Of a stretch of DNA of 64,000 nt, positions 29,190 to 39,108 are shown one piece after another. Each line of letters begins with the position of its first letter. Position 1 is the stretch's first letter. The stretch covers positions 32,001 through 96,000 of the IMG/VR virus record IMGVR_UViG_3300041955_000884; one strand, given 5' to 3'. Position numbers and translations under genes: made by a program. The stretch is from a virus. The notes below the pieces were generated by a model. It was not told where the DNA came from. It saw nothing but the letters and a program-made list of their open reading frames with translations, and ran no database searches.

Positions 29190-29378
29190 ATGAGTTCAAC
29201 CGCATCTCTCGTGTCGAATCGGCTGACGGTGTGCGTGAGCAGCCGACACCGCGAGTTCATCCTGGCCGGAGTTCAGCGCTATCGGCTGAACACGTCGGAG
29301 TACGTCCGGCGGCTACTCGACATCGTCATGGACGAGGTGGAGCGGAACCATGGGCATCTGCCGCAGGTGCCGCGGTGA
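29190..29378 (+). CDS. Ribbon-helix-helix-like regulator
   Basis: RLTVCVS...NTSEYVRRLLD. Confidence 0.6.
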   Translation: MSSTASLVSNRLTVCVSSRHREFILAGVQRYRLNTSEYVRRLLDIVMDEVERNHGHLPQVPR

Positions 29379-29623
29379 GCGAGCCGACGGATATGGAATT
29401 TCGGGCGAGCGGCTACACTGCCGCTGCGAGGCAGTTCCCGCTTTCCGACGCGGCGAAGGAATGGCTGGCGCGCTTTAACGGCGTCGCTGTCGAGCGGATG
29501 CCAGCGGCATGGCACTACGCACCGAACGAATACATGCGAGCAGAAATGGAATCGCGAGCCGCGGCCCTTGACGAGCGGAATAATCCACGCTATCGGACGA
29601 GGACAGCACAGAGGATGATGGAA

Positions 29624-29872
29624 ATGCCGCACCTGTTCGCCGGAGAACCGGACGACCGCCAGTCGGAGAGCGCCGAGGCCTCGATGAGCCGTTTCCGACC
29701 GCGCTACCGCAAACTGACTGACGCGGAAGTCGTGCTCCACGATGAGCTGAAGACGAAGGCGACCGAGCTCGAGGCGCTGTTCGACAAGGTCGCGCCGGGG
29801 CGCTATCGCTCGTTGGCCTACACGGCCCTGGAAGAAGCGATCATGTGGGCCGTGAAGCAGTTGACGGCCTGA
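29624..29872 (+). CDS. Acb2/Tad1-like cyclic-nucleotide sponge (anti-CBASS/Thoeris candidate)
   Basis: YRKLTDAE...K....LE...GRYRSLA.T.LEEA.MWAVK; GAGG SD; frame is also open from GTG 29375. Confidence 0.7.
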   Translation: MPHLFAGEPDDRQSESAEASMSRFRPRYRKLTDAEVVLHDELKTKATELEALFDKVAPGRYRSLAYTALEEAIMWAVKQLTA

Positions 29873-30138
29873 TGAGCGATGACTCAGACTACACCGACGC
29901 CGACCGCAAGCGCGACAATGCCATCGCGGAGAAGGCCTTCGACGCCGCCATCGACGGCGCCGAGGACGAAATCGGCGTCATCTACGCGCTGTTCCACTGC
30001 TGCCTGGCAGCGCTGACGGAGTGCGAGTGGCCGCTGGACCAGTTGATGCGGGATATCGTGTACCATGCGGATGTCGCCGAGGAGGACCGGGAGGAGCAAG
30101 CGGCGCCGGTCAGCCACCACGAACCGGGGCACGCGTGA
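29872..30138 (+). CDS. Hypothetical protein
   Basis: Coupled ORF. Confidence 0.6.
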   Translation: MSDDSDYTDADRKRDNAIAEKAFDAAIDGAEDEIGVIYALFHCCLAALTECEWPLDQLMRDIVYHADVAEEDREEQAAPVSHHEPGHA

Positions 30139-30503
30139 TGGGCGATCTCCTCTTGAAGGCCATCGCGGCGTGGAACGACGAATACTTTCGCTGGGATTGG
30201 GAGTTCAACCAAGGTCGTTCCACATCTGTAGCGATGCGTTTCGATCGACGGGGGAATTATCTCCCCGTGCGTGTCGAGCCTCTGCCGGTTGCGGAAAATC
30301 AGGACGAAGACGATGCCTTTGCGATCTTCCGCGATGCCAAGGCCGCACGCGCGTTCTTGGCGGCTCTTCGGGAGCCGACTCAGGCGATGCTCGATTCCTG
30401 CTATGGCGTCACGCGCGCGCCGGACGGCAGCGTCGCCGAACTTCTTCCCGAGGCGCTGGTCGCGCAGATATGGCGCGCGATGATTGACAAGGCGCTGGAA
30501 TGA
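30138..30503 (+). CDS. Hypothetical protein
   Basis: Coupled ORF. Confidence 0.6.
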   Translation: MGDLLLKAIAAWNDEYFRWDWEFNQGRSTSVAMRFDRRGNYLPVRVEPLPVAENQDEDDAFAIFRDAKAARAFLAALREPTQAMLDSCYGVTRAPDGSVAELLPEALVAQIWRAMIDKALE

Positions 30504-30541
30504 ACGCCGCCTGAAAAACCAACAAATCCAAGGAGATCCCA

Positions 30542-30778
30542 GTGAAACTGCAATCGGTTAAGGACGTCGCCGAGGTGAAGCTCGAAGGCATCGGGATCAC
30601 CGCGATGTACGAGGACAATACCCTCAAGGAGCTTCGGCTCCGCGATGCGAAGGGTGTCTTCATCATCATCAAGCCTGGCGAGAGCTACAGCCAATGCCTT
30701 CGGGTATTCGTCCCGCAGCCGCCGGAGAAGCTCGCCGACGCGCCCGCGGCAGCCATCCCAGACGAGATGCCGTTCTGA
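30542..30778 (+). CDS. Hypothetical protein
   Basis: AAGGAG SD then GTG; ends DEMPF. Confidence 0.7.
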   Translation: MKLQSVKDVAEVKLEGIGITAMYEDNTLKELRLRDAKGVFIIIKPGESYSQCLRVFVPQPPEKLADAPAAAIPDEMPF

Positions 30779-31680
30779 TGAGCGCCGCCCTCAGAACCGG
30801 GAACGGGAAGGGAACCCAGCCAATGGCCCCAGCGCAGTTGAAGGCCGTCCCGACCGCCGCAAAGCCGCCGGCTGGTGGCATGATAACGGCCGTGGAACTC
30901 ATCACGCCGGCCCAAGCCGCCGAGTTCCTGAAACTCAACCGCACCAACCGGCCACTGCGGCAGTCGTGGATTCGCGCCCTCGCCGACATCATCGCCCGCG
31001 GTGAATGGAGGGTGACGCACCAGGGCGTGGCCATCACCAAGGAGAACGAACTCCTGGACGGCCAGCACAGGCTTAACGCGATCGTCCTCTGCGGCGTCTC
31101 GGTCGAGATGAACGTGTCCTACGACTGCGACCCAGCGACCTTCCAGGTCATCGATTCGGGCATCAAGCGGACGAGCGCGGATCACCTGCGCGTTTCGCCG
31201 ATGACGGCTGCCGTCGCACGTCTGCTGTGGCGGCTGCCGGCGCCGCGGCTTGGCCGGAGCGCGACATCCCAGCAGTTGGCAGAAGTCCTGACATGGGCGC
31301 AGCCGCTCGTCATCGAGCTGCAGGAGATCGCCAGGACAAAGACGACGCGCACGGGGGCGAACGTCCAAATGCCTTTGGCTGTGCACCTCATGGCTGGCCG
31401 CCGGGAGGTCGTCCCGAAGTTCGCTGCCTTCGTGGCGATGGACAAGGACAACATGCCGCCGAGCATCTGGTCCCTGGTCCAGCAGATGACGGACAAGAAG
31501 GCGTCGGCGTCGCGGGACCAATGGGACTTCGCTTGCCGGGTATGGCGAGCGTTCGACCCCACGAACTGGGACCAGAAGCGCGTCATCCTGAAGTCCACCG
31601 ACGTGGCGCTGGACGAGATGAACCGCGTCGTCGAGGCCTATAAGCGGGCGGTGGCGAGCGGGAAGGCGGTGAGGGCGTGA
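30778..31680 (+). CDS. ParB/Srx-like (DGQHR) domain protein
   Basis: ITPAQAAEFL..N..NRPL...GEW..THQG...LLDGQHRL.A. Confidence 0.8.
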   Translation: MSAALRTGNGKGTQPMAPAQLKAVPTAAKPPAGGMITAVELITPAQAAEFLKLNRTNRPLRQSWIRALADIIARGEWRVTHQGVAITKENELLDGQHRLNAIVLCGVSVEMNVSYDCDPATFQVIDSGIKRTSADHLRVSPMTAAVARLLWRLPAPRLGRSATSQQLAEVLTWAQPLVIELQEIARTKTTRTGANVQMPLAVHLMAGRREVVPKFAAFVAMDKDNMPPSIWSLVQQMTDKKASASRDQWDFACRVWRAFDPTNWDQKRVILKSTDVALDEMNRVVEAYKRAVASGKAVRA

Positions 31681-31952
31681 GCATGGAAGCAGTTTCGCCG
31701 AACGTCGTCATCCTGACGCGACAGGAACTTCGCGAGATTGAGGACGCGGCGTTTAAGCGTGGTGTCGAGCGCGGTATATTCGAGGCGGCAACGCCTCACG
31801 TCCGCGTCGCCGGCAACTGCGCGAACTGGAGCAATGGCCTCTGCGAGGCCTGTGGCGTTGCCTGGCAATCGTACGAAGTGGCTGCCGACTTCCGTTGCAC
31901 CCGGTTCTTGCCGCGTCCGGCGGTGGCGAGCGGGAAGGCGGGGAGGGCGTGA
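31647..31952 (+). repeat. 34-bp direct repeat (31647-31680; 31919-31952)
   Basis: GGCGGTGGCGAGCGGGAAGGCGG(T/G)GAGGGCGTGA, 1 mismatch. Confidence 0.9.
31677..31952 (+). CDS. Hypothetical Cys-rich protein
   Basis: Coupled ORF between the direct repeats. Confidence 0.6.
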   Translation: MSMEAVSPNVVILTRQELREIEDAAFKRGVERGIFEAATPHVRVAGNCANWSNGLCEACGVAWQSYEVAADFRCTRFLPRPAVASGKAGRA

Positions 31953-32242
31953 TGGGCGAAGGACTGAAGCGCGCTCGGGCAGCGGCTCGAGCGAGCCGGA
32001 AGGGGCCGAAGCTAACCGCGCCAGAGGACATAGCGGCGCACTTCGGAGCACAAGCTCCGGTCGGCACGCCGTGCCGATACTATCCGGTCCGTCCATGCCG
32101 GGGCGACAACTTCGTCGAAACGCGTATCCGCTCCGCGCCGTGGATCCTGGGGGATGGTTGCGTCGTCGTCGCGGTCGAGGGCTTGACCGGCGGCAAGAGC
32201 ATCGAGCACGTCGTTCTTCTGCCGCCGAAGGCGACCACCTGA
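31952..32242 (+). CDS. Hypothetical protein
   Basis: PVGTPCRYYP...TRIRSAPW.LG.G..VV motif. Confidence 0.65.
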   Translation: MGEGLKRARAAARASRKGPKLTAPEDIAAHFGAQAPVGTPCRYYPVRPCRGDNFVETRIRSAPWILGDGCVVVAVEGLTGGKSIEHVVLLPPKATT

Positions 32243-32787
32243 TGGCCGCAAAAGTCCGCCCCGTCCGTGCCGCGACGCCGCCGCCTGGGAACCTCATCAG
32301 GACCGGCGCCGGCGACACGGGCTACAAGTTCATGGCTGGCTCCATGGGGGCGGCGGCGACAATCGAGGTGCCCCCGACCAAGTTCGAGGCCGCACCGGAA
32401 CTGACAGCGGAGCAGATTGCGGAGCGCGAGCGGGCAGCGGGGATTGAGCCGGAAGGCGTGCCGCCGGCGGCAGGCTACGCTCCGCTAGGAAGACCTATCG
32501 AGGGTCCAGCCAACTGGAACGCTCTCCAGCCGGGGCCAGTCCAGTTTGTCTCATCGCCGCGGCGCGAGGCTGTCACCGACCTTTCCGGCCTGCCGCAACG
32601 GTTCACCCTCGATGTGGAGTGCAAGGAGAACGGCTGGTGGGTTGTGCGCTCCCCGGCGCTCCATGCCGGCATTTTCGTCGCGCGTGAGGACATCTGCGAT
32701 GCCCTCGCTGAAGCTCCCGGAATAATCGCCGAAATTCTGCGCCTGGACGGCGAGCAGCCGGCGAAGCGGCGGAGGGCGAAGAAATGA
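32242..32787 (+). CDS. Hypothetical protein (possible HicB-like C-terminus)
   Basis: ENGWWVVRSPAL.AG..V...DI.DALAE. Confidence 0.55.
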   Translation: MAAKVRPVRAATPPPGNLIRTGAGDTGYKFMAGSMGAAATIEVPPTKFEAAPELTAEQIAERERAAGIEPEGVPPAAGYAPLGRPIEGPANWNALQPGPVQFVSSPRREAVTDLSGLPQRFTLDVECKENGWWVVRSPALHAGIFVAREDICDALAEAPGIIAEILRLDGEQPAKRRRAKK

Positions 32788-32959
32788 TCGCGGCGGGTGT
32801 TCTCTTGACGAGCCTCGCCACTGCGTGCCTGACCAACTGCGCCTGGGGCGCGATCATGGCGGCAGAACGTAAGTCCGAGGGCCTCGCTTGGTTCGCTGGT
32901 GTCAGCGCAGTCGCGGCGGCTGCTTTGGCCATCGGAGCCGCCACTACGCTGGGGCACGC

Positions 32960-33736
32960 ATGAGCGGCCACGTCATCCTCATCCTCGGCTGCCACAGATC
33001 GGGCACCAGCTTAGTGGCGCGTTCGATGCGCTGCCTTGGAGGCGACTATGGACGGCGTGCGCTGTGGGCGGCGCCGGATAATCCGGTCGGCTTTTTTGAA
33101 GATCAGGGCGTCCTTAACTTGGACGAGCAAATGCTGCTGGCGCTCGGCTCGCGGTGGGATGACCCAGCGCCGCTGCGTGCCGACTTCGAGAAGACATGGC
33201 CGTTCCGGTACGCCTTTTTCCCGGACGGCTTGGCGCTTCTGCGGTCGCGGCTCGTCGGCTGCCCGATATTTGTTCTGAAGGAGCCGAGGCTGTGCCGGCT
33301 GCTGCCGTTCTGGCGCGGCGTCCTGGCCGAAGTCGGCTGCCGCGTGTCCGTCGTCCACGTCGTCCGGCATCCCATGGCCGTGATGTCCTCCCTCATGAGG
33401 CGGAACGGCATGCCGCCTGGGAAGGCTTTTATGCTTTGGCTGGCGTACACGAACGAAGCGCGCGCCAACGTCGATCCGGCGTGGGCCTCGGTTTCCGTCC
33501 TCTACGACTACATGGTGCTTTTCCCCAGGTCCATCGTCGAGGACATCGGTGCTGCGCTGGGGCTTGAACCGGACCCGGCAGAGACCAAGCGCTTCGCCAC
33601 TGAGTTCGTGGACGATGCGCTGTGGCATGAGGACGCTGACGATGACGACAACCTGCCGCTGGAGGTGCGCGTCGTGTGGGAAAAAGAGCGTGCTGCGGCC
33701 ATGCGACCTCTATGCAATAATCCGCAGGCGTGCTAA
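32960..33736 (+). CDS. Sulfotransferase-family protein
   Basis: ILGCHRSGTS, DNPVGFFED, KEPRLCRLLPFW, RHPMAVMSSL.RRN. Confidence 0.88.
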   Translation: MSGHVILILGCHRSGTSLVARSMRCLGGDYGRRALWAAPDNPVGFFEDQGVLNLDEQMLLALGSRWDDPAPLRADFEKTWPFRYAFFPDGLALLRSRLVGCPIFVLKEPRLCRLLPFWRGVLAEVGCRVSVVHVVRHPMAVMSSLMRRNGMPPGKAFMLWLAYTNEARANVDPAWASVSVLYDYMVLFPRSIVEDIGAALGLEPDPAETKRFATEFVDDALWHEDADDDDNLPLEVRVVWEKERAAAMRPLCNNPQAC

Positions 33737-33775
33737 GGGGCGCTGAACCTCAACCCAGCATCGGAAGGCCACGGC

Positions 33776-34216
33776 ATGGGCCACATGACGCCGAAAAAGA
33801 GAGCGGCTCCAGAAACTGCGCACGTGAAGTGCGCAGCTCCAGATGGAGCAGCGGAAACACCACAGGTCGCCACACAAGGAGCGCCGCGCGCTCTCGAGGA
33901 ATTCGCTGCGTTCTTTCTCGGCCAAGTGCGGGCCGTCGTCGAATCGGAAAAGCGTGCTGTCAATGCCGAGGCCGAGCTCAACGCGCTGCGCTTGGCAATC
34001 CGCCATGAACATGACCGCGACTCGGCGGAGGCGTCGGCTGAAGCGACGAGGGCCGCCGACAGCGAATCACGCTGGACGCGCGAGAACAACGCCGTTCGCC
34101 GCGAAATCGACCGTTGGCGCTCCGGCGCGATCACAGCGCAAGAGGCCGTCGAGAAAATCGCCGGCTTTCTCAACGTGCAGGCGACGGTGCCGACGGCAGC
34201 GAGCGCCAAGCAATGA
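33776..34216 (+). CDS. Hypothetical coiled-coil protein
   Basis: ORF in operon; start uncertain. Confidence 0.55.
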   Translation: MGHMTPKKRAAPETAHVKCAAPDGAAETPQVATQGAPRALEEFAAFFLGQVRAVVESEKRAVNAEAELNALRLAIRHEHDRDSAEASAEATRAADSESRWTRENNAVRREIDRWRSGAITAQEAVEKIAGFLNVQATVPTAASAKQ

Positions 34217-34416
34217 GCGGTGTCCTCAACGGGCTGCGCTTCGCCACGCCCGACAACGCGGTCGCGCTGAGCGTAGACCGCCTGCTGGATGAGCCCGGTT
34301 ACCTGCAGTTCAGCCTGTCCGCCGCCTGCGGTATCTGTACAATGGGTATTGATCTTGATGTAGAGGAGGCTCGGCAGCTTCGCGACCTCCTGACTGCGTT
34401 CATCCAGGCGCCATGA
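34213..34416 (+). CDS. Hypothetical protein
   Basis: Coupled ORF. Confidence 0.55.
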   Translation: MSGVLNGLRFATPDNAVALSVDRLLDEPGYLQFSLSAACGICTMGIDLDVEEARQLRDLLTAFIQAP

Positions 34417-35351
34417 ATCTCGAGGTCCGAGTCGCGATGAGCGCGACGCCGAGCTTCGTCAACCGCACGCGGCTGCTGGCGGCGTCGGTACGGGAGTTCT
34501 ACCCAGATGCGCTCGTGCGGGCGTTCGTGGGCGCGCGCGCGGAGCGTCCTGCCGAAAAGCTGATGCTTGAGCTTGATGGCGATGACATCCAGGTAGAGTG
34601 GGTCGGCGGCCAGCGATTCGATGCCTGGAGGGGGACGAGGAACGAATACGTCGGCACGATGGCGGCGCGTTACGAACCGATGTTCGAGGCCGACTACGTC
34701 CTGATGCTGGATGCAGATGTAATCTGCCTCAAGCCATTCGATGAGCTGCTCGACGCGAAGGCGCTGTCCGGCGTCCAGGCTCACATCCCGCCGTTCTCCA
34801 ACGATGTCTGGGAGCGGCTTCTCGTGGAAAGCGGGTTGCGGCCATTCTGGGCCAAGGAGCATCAGCACACGGGTTGGCAGGCAATGTTTACCGACCCGGC
34901 GATGCGCTTCGGTCCGCCTTACGCAAACACTGGCGTCTTGTTCGGCCCCGCGACGCTGTTTGAGCGCCTGTGGCCAGCCTACGACGCGGCCCTGACGCGG
35001 CTGCGGTCCCAGATGGACACCTACTTCTTCGAGCAGATTGCGCTCACGCTGGCGGCTGCCGAGGCCGGTGTTCCCCTCAACATCGTCCCGCTCCGCTACA
35101 ATTTCCCGAACCAAGCCGAGTTCGACCGGCTCCATCCCGAGGAATTGGCCGACTGCCGGTTCCTGCACTACCTGCGGACGGATACGGTGGACCGGGAGTG
35201 GGATTTCGAGAGCAGGGCGGCGATGGCGCGGCTCGTGGCGCGGCCAGGGCTGACGGGAAGCAACCTTTTGCTCCAGCGGCGCGTCGGGGAGCTGCTGGGC
35301 CGGGTCTGGCCAGCCGATGGATACACGGCGGAGGACGCGCCTTATGCCTAG
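34413..35351 (+). CDS. GT-A glycosyltransferase (GT8-like)
   Basis: LMLDADV (DxD), NTGV, EQIAL, RYNFP, LHY. Confidence 0.75.
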   Translation: MNLEVRVAMSATPSFVNRTRLLAASVREFYPDALVRAFVGARAERPAEKLMLELDGDDIQVEWVGGQRFDAWRGTRNEYVGTMAARYEPMFEADYVLMLDADVICLKPFDELLDAKALSGVQAHIPPFSNDVWERLLVESGLRPFWAKEHQHTGWQAMFTDPAMRFGPPYANTGVLFGPATLFERLWPAYDAALTRLRSQMDTYFFEQIALTLAAAEAGVPLNIVPLRYNFPNQAEFDRLHPEELADCRFLHYLRTDTVDREWDFESRAAMARLVARPGLTGSNLLLQRRVGELLGRVWPADGYTAEDAPYA

Positions 35352-35413
35352 CAACACGGTGGCGCCGGTCCAGCGCGATGTGTTGGCGCCGGCTATCGCC
35401 AGGGCGGCCTGCC

Positions 35414-35626
35414 GTGGCTGAGGCGCCGTTCAGCCTCCCGACGTGGGAAGCCGTGGACAGCAAGCGAGCGGCCGGCGAGAAGCTGTCGCTTCTGGAGCAG
35501 TTCATCTACGGCAACGAGCCGGCCGGCACGCGCGAGAGCGTTGACGAGTGGCGCGAATCGTTGCGGCTTCTCTTAGAGTGGAACGCCGCAGGGCATCTGG
35601 CGAAGGTCATGCATCGCGATGCCTGA
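35414..35626 (+). CDS. Hypothetical protein
   Basis: LS.LEQFIY.NEPAG motif. Confidence 0.55.
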   Translation: MAEAPFSLPTWEAVDSKRAAGEKLSLLEQFIYGNEPAGTRESVDEWRESLRLLLEWNAAGHLAKVMHRDA

Positions 35627-35858
35627 CGTCCCGTTCTGTCGCGACTGTCGGCACGTCCGAGTACGCGGTTTCTCCCACAAGGACTGGTGCTTTGCAAAAT
35701 GCGCCGTCGCGCCGCTGGATCCACCAGCAATCGATATTGTGAGCGGAGAGGTAACGGCGCCACTGCTCCGATATTGCGACTTCGCGAGAAGCGATGTCGA
35801 CTCGTGCGGGCCGACTGGCCGCTTTTTCGAACCGCGCCAGAAGCCGGCCGATGCCTGA
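35619..35858 (+). CDS. Small Cys-rich protein
   Basis: C..C.H...C...C..R....CG..GRFFE. Confidence 0.65.
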   Translation: MPDVPFCRDCRHVRVRGFSHKDWCFAKCAVAPLDPPAIDIVSGEVTAPLLRYCDFARSDVDSCGPTGRFFEPRQKPADA

Positions 35859-37200
35859 CGTTTCGGTCTGGAGCGAGCGGGCGAAGCGCTGGGGCTGCGG
35901 CTGCGTTGACCTGCGGCTGACGCCGGACAGGTTCGATGCTGGCACCAAGATCGAGTGGGATGGCCTCAGCCAGGGGCTTGACCGCGTCGTACCGAGTGAC
36001 TTCCACAGCGACAGGCGGCGTATCCTCGATTTCGGCTGTGGCGCTGGGCGGTTCTGCGGCTTCCTCGCGAGCGGCGGCCACCATGATGTCGTCGGATACG
36101 ATCCCTGCGCCGAACTCATCGCGCTGGCGGAGCCGACGCCGGGCGTGGAGTTTACGACGGAGATGCCGGCTGGGGAATTTGCTCTGGTATGGTGCTTCGC
36201 CGTCCTCGGCGGCCTGACGGATGCGCAGCTCCCCGAGGCGGCCAGCCAAATCGCGGGGGCGCTGGCGCCGAACGGCACGCTGTTCCTGGCAGAGAATACC
36301 GACACGACGGCCTATCAGCGCGGGATATGGCGCATCCGGCCAGATGCGCAGTACGCGGAGTGCTTCAAGGCGGTCGGCGTCGGGCTGGCGGCCATCGGCG
36401 TGCACAGCTCCGGCGGCGCCGACACGACGATGTTCTGCGGGAAGCGTACCACGGGGACGATGGAAATCACCATTGACAATCGTGGGGTCAAGCGGCCGTT
36501 TTTCTGCCGCTGCGGGACATCGGACCAGAACGTGATGAACCAGGTGCTTAGATCGCGGGATCTGGACCTGGAGACGCTGAAGCGCTGGCCGGACATCGAG
36601 CGGTGGCTACAGGCGCATCCGAAGCCCCTCATCGTAGATGCCGGGGCGAACGTCGGGGCGGCATCGGTGTGGTTCGCGCTGAAGTACCCGCAGGCGCGGA
36701 TTGTCGCCATTGAACCGGAGCCGTCGAACTTCGCCATGTTGGTGAGGAACGTCATGGGCCTCCGGGTCGAAGTATTCGAAACCGCGCTCCAGGGGCGCCC
36801 TGGATACGTCTCGCTGTTTCACCCGACGGGCGATCCCGTCGATGGCATGGGCCACGCCGCCTTCAGGACGCGCCCGGCGGATTCGTCGTTTGATCCGCGA
36901 CGCGTCGGCGGTTCCGTCGCGGGAATTACGATGGAGTGGCCGCTTGTGCTTCCTGGCGTGACGCCCTTCATCGCCAAGCTCGACATCGAGGGCGCCGAGT
37001 CGGACGTGTTCTCCGGCGACACCTCGTGGATCAGCCGCTTCCCGGTGCTCATCGTCGAACTGCACGACGGCATCTATCCAGGGGAGCGGCTATCGCAGTC
37101 CTTCCTCAAGGCCGTGGCGCCCCTGGACAGGGACTTCGTGGTGAGGGGGGAACGGGTGTTCTCGATCGCCAATTGGCTGGGGAGAGAGCCGTGCCGATAG
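35851..37200 (+). CDS. Fused class I SAM methyltransferase + FkbM methyltransferase
   Basis: ILDFGCGAGR; VDAGANVG, IEPEPSNF, KLDIEGAE. Confidence 0.88.
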   Translation: MPDVSVWSERAKRWGCGCVDLRLTPDRFDAGTKIEWDGLSQGLDRVVPSDFHSDRRRILDFGCGAGRFCGFLASGGHHDVVGYDPCAELIALAEPTPGVEFTTEMPAGEFALVWCFAVLGGLTDAQLPEAASQIAGALAPNGTLFLAENTDTTAYQRGIWRIRPDAQYAECFKAVGVGLAAIGVHSSGGADTTMFCGKRTTGTMEITIDNRGVKRPFFCRCGTSDQNVMNQVLRSRDLDLETLKRWPDIERWLQAHPKPLIVDAGANVGAASVWFALKYPQARIVAIEPEPSNFAMLVRNVMGLRVEVFETALQGRPGYVSLFHPTGDPVDGMGHAAFRTRPADSSFDPRRVGGSVAGITMEWPLVLPGVTPFIAKLDIEGAESDVFSGDTSWISRFPVLIVELHDGIYPGERLSQSFLKAVAPLDRDFVVRGERVFSIANWLGREPCR

Positions 37201-38315
37201 ACCCAGCCAGGATGCTCCGCAGTCTCTGCGAGGTCCTGAATAGTGACGTCTGGATCGGCGACGGGCCGATGGCGAAGCGCTGCGAGGCGCTCATCCGCGA
37301 GCAGATCGGCGTCCCGCATGCGTACCTGACGCCGTCGTGCACATCGGCGCTGGAGATGGCCTGCGTCCTGGCCGGCATCGGCCACGGCGACGAGGTCATC
37401 ATGCCGAGCTTCGGGTTCTCGTCGGCTGGAAACGCAGTGGTGCTGCGCGGCGGCGTGCCAGTATTCGTGGACGTGAGGCCGGACACGCTGAACATCGACG
37501 AAACGCTGGTCGAGGGGGCGATCACGCGGAAGACGAAGGCGATTATCGTGGTGCACTACGCCGGGGTCATGTGCGAAATGCCGGCGATCTACGGCGTCGT
37601 TGGTCCGCAGGTGCTCATCATCGAGGATGCTGCGCAGGCCTATCTGTCGCGCTACCAAAACCTTGCCGCTGGCACATGGGGCGACATCAGCGCATTCAGC
37701 TTCCACCAGACGAAGAACATCCGCTGCGGCGAGGGCGGTGCGTTGACGCTTCCAGAGGGAGGGATTGGCGACGAATTCGCAACACGCGCCGAAGTCCTCC
37801 GCGAGAAGGGCACCGACCGCGCCGCCTTCCTCCGCGGCGAGGTCCAGCGCTACACCTGGACGGACGTCGGCTTCTCCGGGGTCGTCAGCGAGTTCCAGGC
37901 GGCGGTGCTGCTGGCGCAGCTCGAGCGGGCGAAGGAAATCACGGAGCGGCGGCTGGCGCTGTGGGACCGCTATCACCACGCCATGACCAACCTCGACTAC
38001 TGGGGCAAGGTGAGGCGCCCAACGGTCCCTCCGCACTGCCAGCACAACGGCCATATCTACCGCATTCTGCTGCCCACGCAAGCCGAGCGCGACCGCATTC
38101 TCGCTGCACTGAATGCCGACGGGGTGAAGGCAAGTTTCCACTTTCAGGCATTGCACTCCGCTCCCGCAGGATTGCGCTACGGACGCGTTTCTGGTTCAAT
38201 GGCCGTCACGGACTCGGTTTGCGGCCGGCTGCTGCGCATGCCGCTTAGCCATGCCACGACGGAGGAAGACGTCGACAGGGCAGTGGACAGGCTGGAGAAG
38301 GCGCTGCGGGGATGA
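37191..38315 (+). CDS. DegT/DnrJ sugar aminotransferase (WecE/RffA-like)
   Basis: TPSCTSALEM, VHYAG, EDAAQA, FSFHQTKN..GEGG, EKGTDR. Confidence 0.92.
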   Translation: MPIDPARMLRSLCEVLNSDVWIGDGPMAKRCEALIREQIGVPHAYLTPSCTSALEMACVLAGIGHGDEVIMPSFGFSSAGNAVVLRGGVPVFVDVRPDTLNIDETLVEGAITRKTKAIIVVHYAGVMCEMPAIYGVVGPQVLIIEDAAQAYLSRYQNLAAGTWGDISAFSFHQTKNIRCGEGGALTLPEGGIGDEFATRAEVLREKGTDRAAFLRGEVQRYTWTDVGFSGVVSEFQAAVLLAQLERAKEITERRLALWDRYHHAMTNLDYWGKVRRPTVPPHCQHNGHIYRILLPTQAERDRILAALNADGVKASFHFQALHSAPAGLRYGRVSGSMAVTDSVCGRLLRMPLSHATTEEDVDRAVDRLEKALRG

Positions 38316-38839
38316 CACTCTCGGTCCAGCACCAGGCGCTCACTATGGCCGTGACGCAGGACGCGCTCCGGCAGGCGCAGGCCATTTTGGAGCGCGCTGG
38401 TCTGTCGGTCGAGGGCGCCTTCTTCGCCCTGGTCGTCGTGCCGAAGGACGGCGCCATCTTCGAGACGGTCTACTCCTGCATTTGGCCGGACGGACTCGGC
38501 GAGACAGTTGATGCAGCGATAGCGGAGATTATCGCGACGAAGCCAGTTGCGGCCGCAGATGCAAGGAACGCCGCGCAGTGGGCGAGCGCCAGGGCGGCCG
38601 GATGGAAACCTAGCGCCCCGGTACGGCCCGCAGCACCAGAACCAACCGGCACCGAACCGCGAAAAGGCACCGCCGAGGAATTCAGCTTCACGGTGCCGCC
38701 AGCGGCCGCGCCGCAGCCATCGGCCGCTTGGTACTGGCGCCTGCCGTGGTGGGCCGCATCCGCGCTGCTCGGGCTTTTCCTCTTGGCTGGAATTGGCGTT
38801 GCGGCGCTCATCGCTGCGGTCGTTCAGGAGATACCATGA
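38312..38839 (+). CDS. Hypothetical protein with C-terminal TM helix
   Basis: Coupled ORF; hydrophobic tail. Confidence 0.6.
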   Translation: MTLSVQHQALTMAVTQDALRQAQAILERAGLSVEGAFFALVVVPKDGAIFETVYSCIWPDGLGETVDAAIAEIIATKPVAAADARNAAQWASARAAGWKPSAPVRPAAPEPTGTEPRKGTAEEFSFTVPPAAAPQPSAAWYWRLPWWAASALLGLFLLAGIGVAALIAAVVQEIP

Positions 38840-39108
38840 TAACCATGCCGGAACGTGGCCCAGTCAGCGATGTACTCGCGGAGGTGGGCGGCGAAGTCGT
38901 GGACGCCGAGAAGATGTGGCCGCCAATGAACAGCGCGCACGAAGCCTACGCCGTTCTTCTCGAGGAGGTGGACGAACTAAAGGCCCACGTCTGGATGCAC
39001 CAGCGGCATCGAGACATGCCAGGCATGCGGAAGGAGGCCATTCAGGTGGCGGCGATGGCCGTCCGCTTCATCCGCGACGTCTGCGACCTGCACCAGGGCC
39101 GGAAATGA
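38836..39108 (+). CDS. MazG-like all-alpha NTP pyrophosphatase
   Basis: HEAYAVLLEEVDEL...KEAIQVAAMA.RF. Confidence 0.7.
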   Translation: MITMPERGPVSDVLAEVGGEVVDAEKMWPPMNSAHEAYAVLLEEVDELKAHVWMHQRHRDMPGMRKEAIQVAAMAVRFIRDVCDLHQGRK

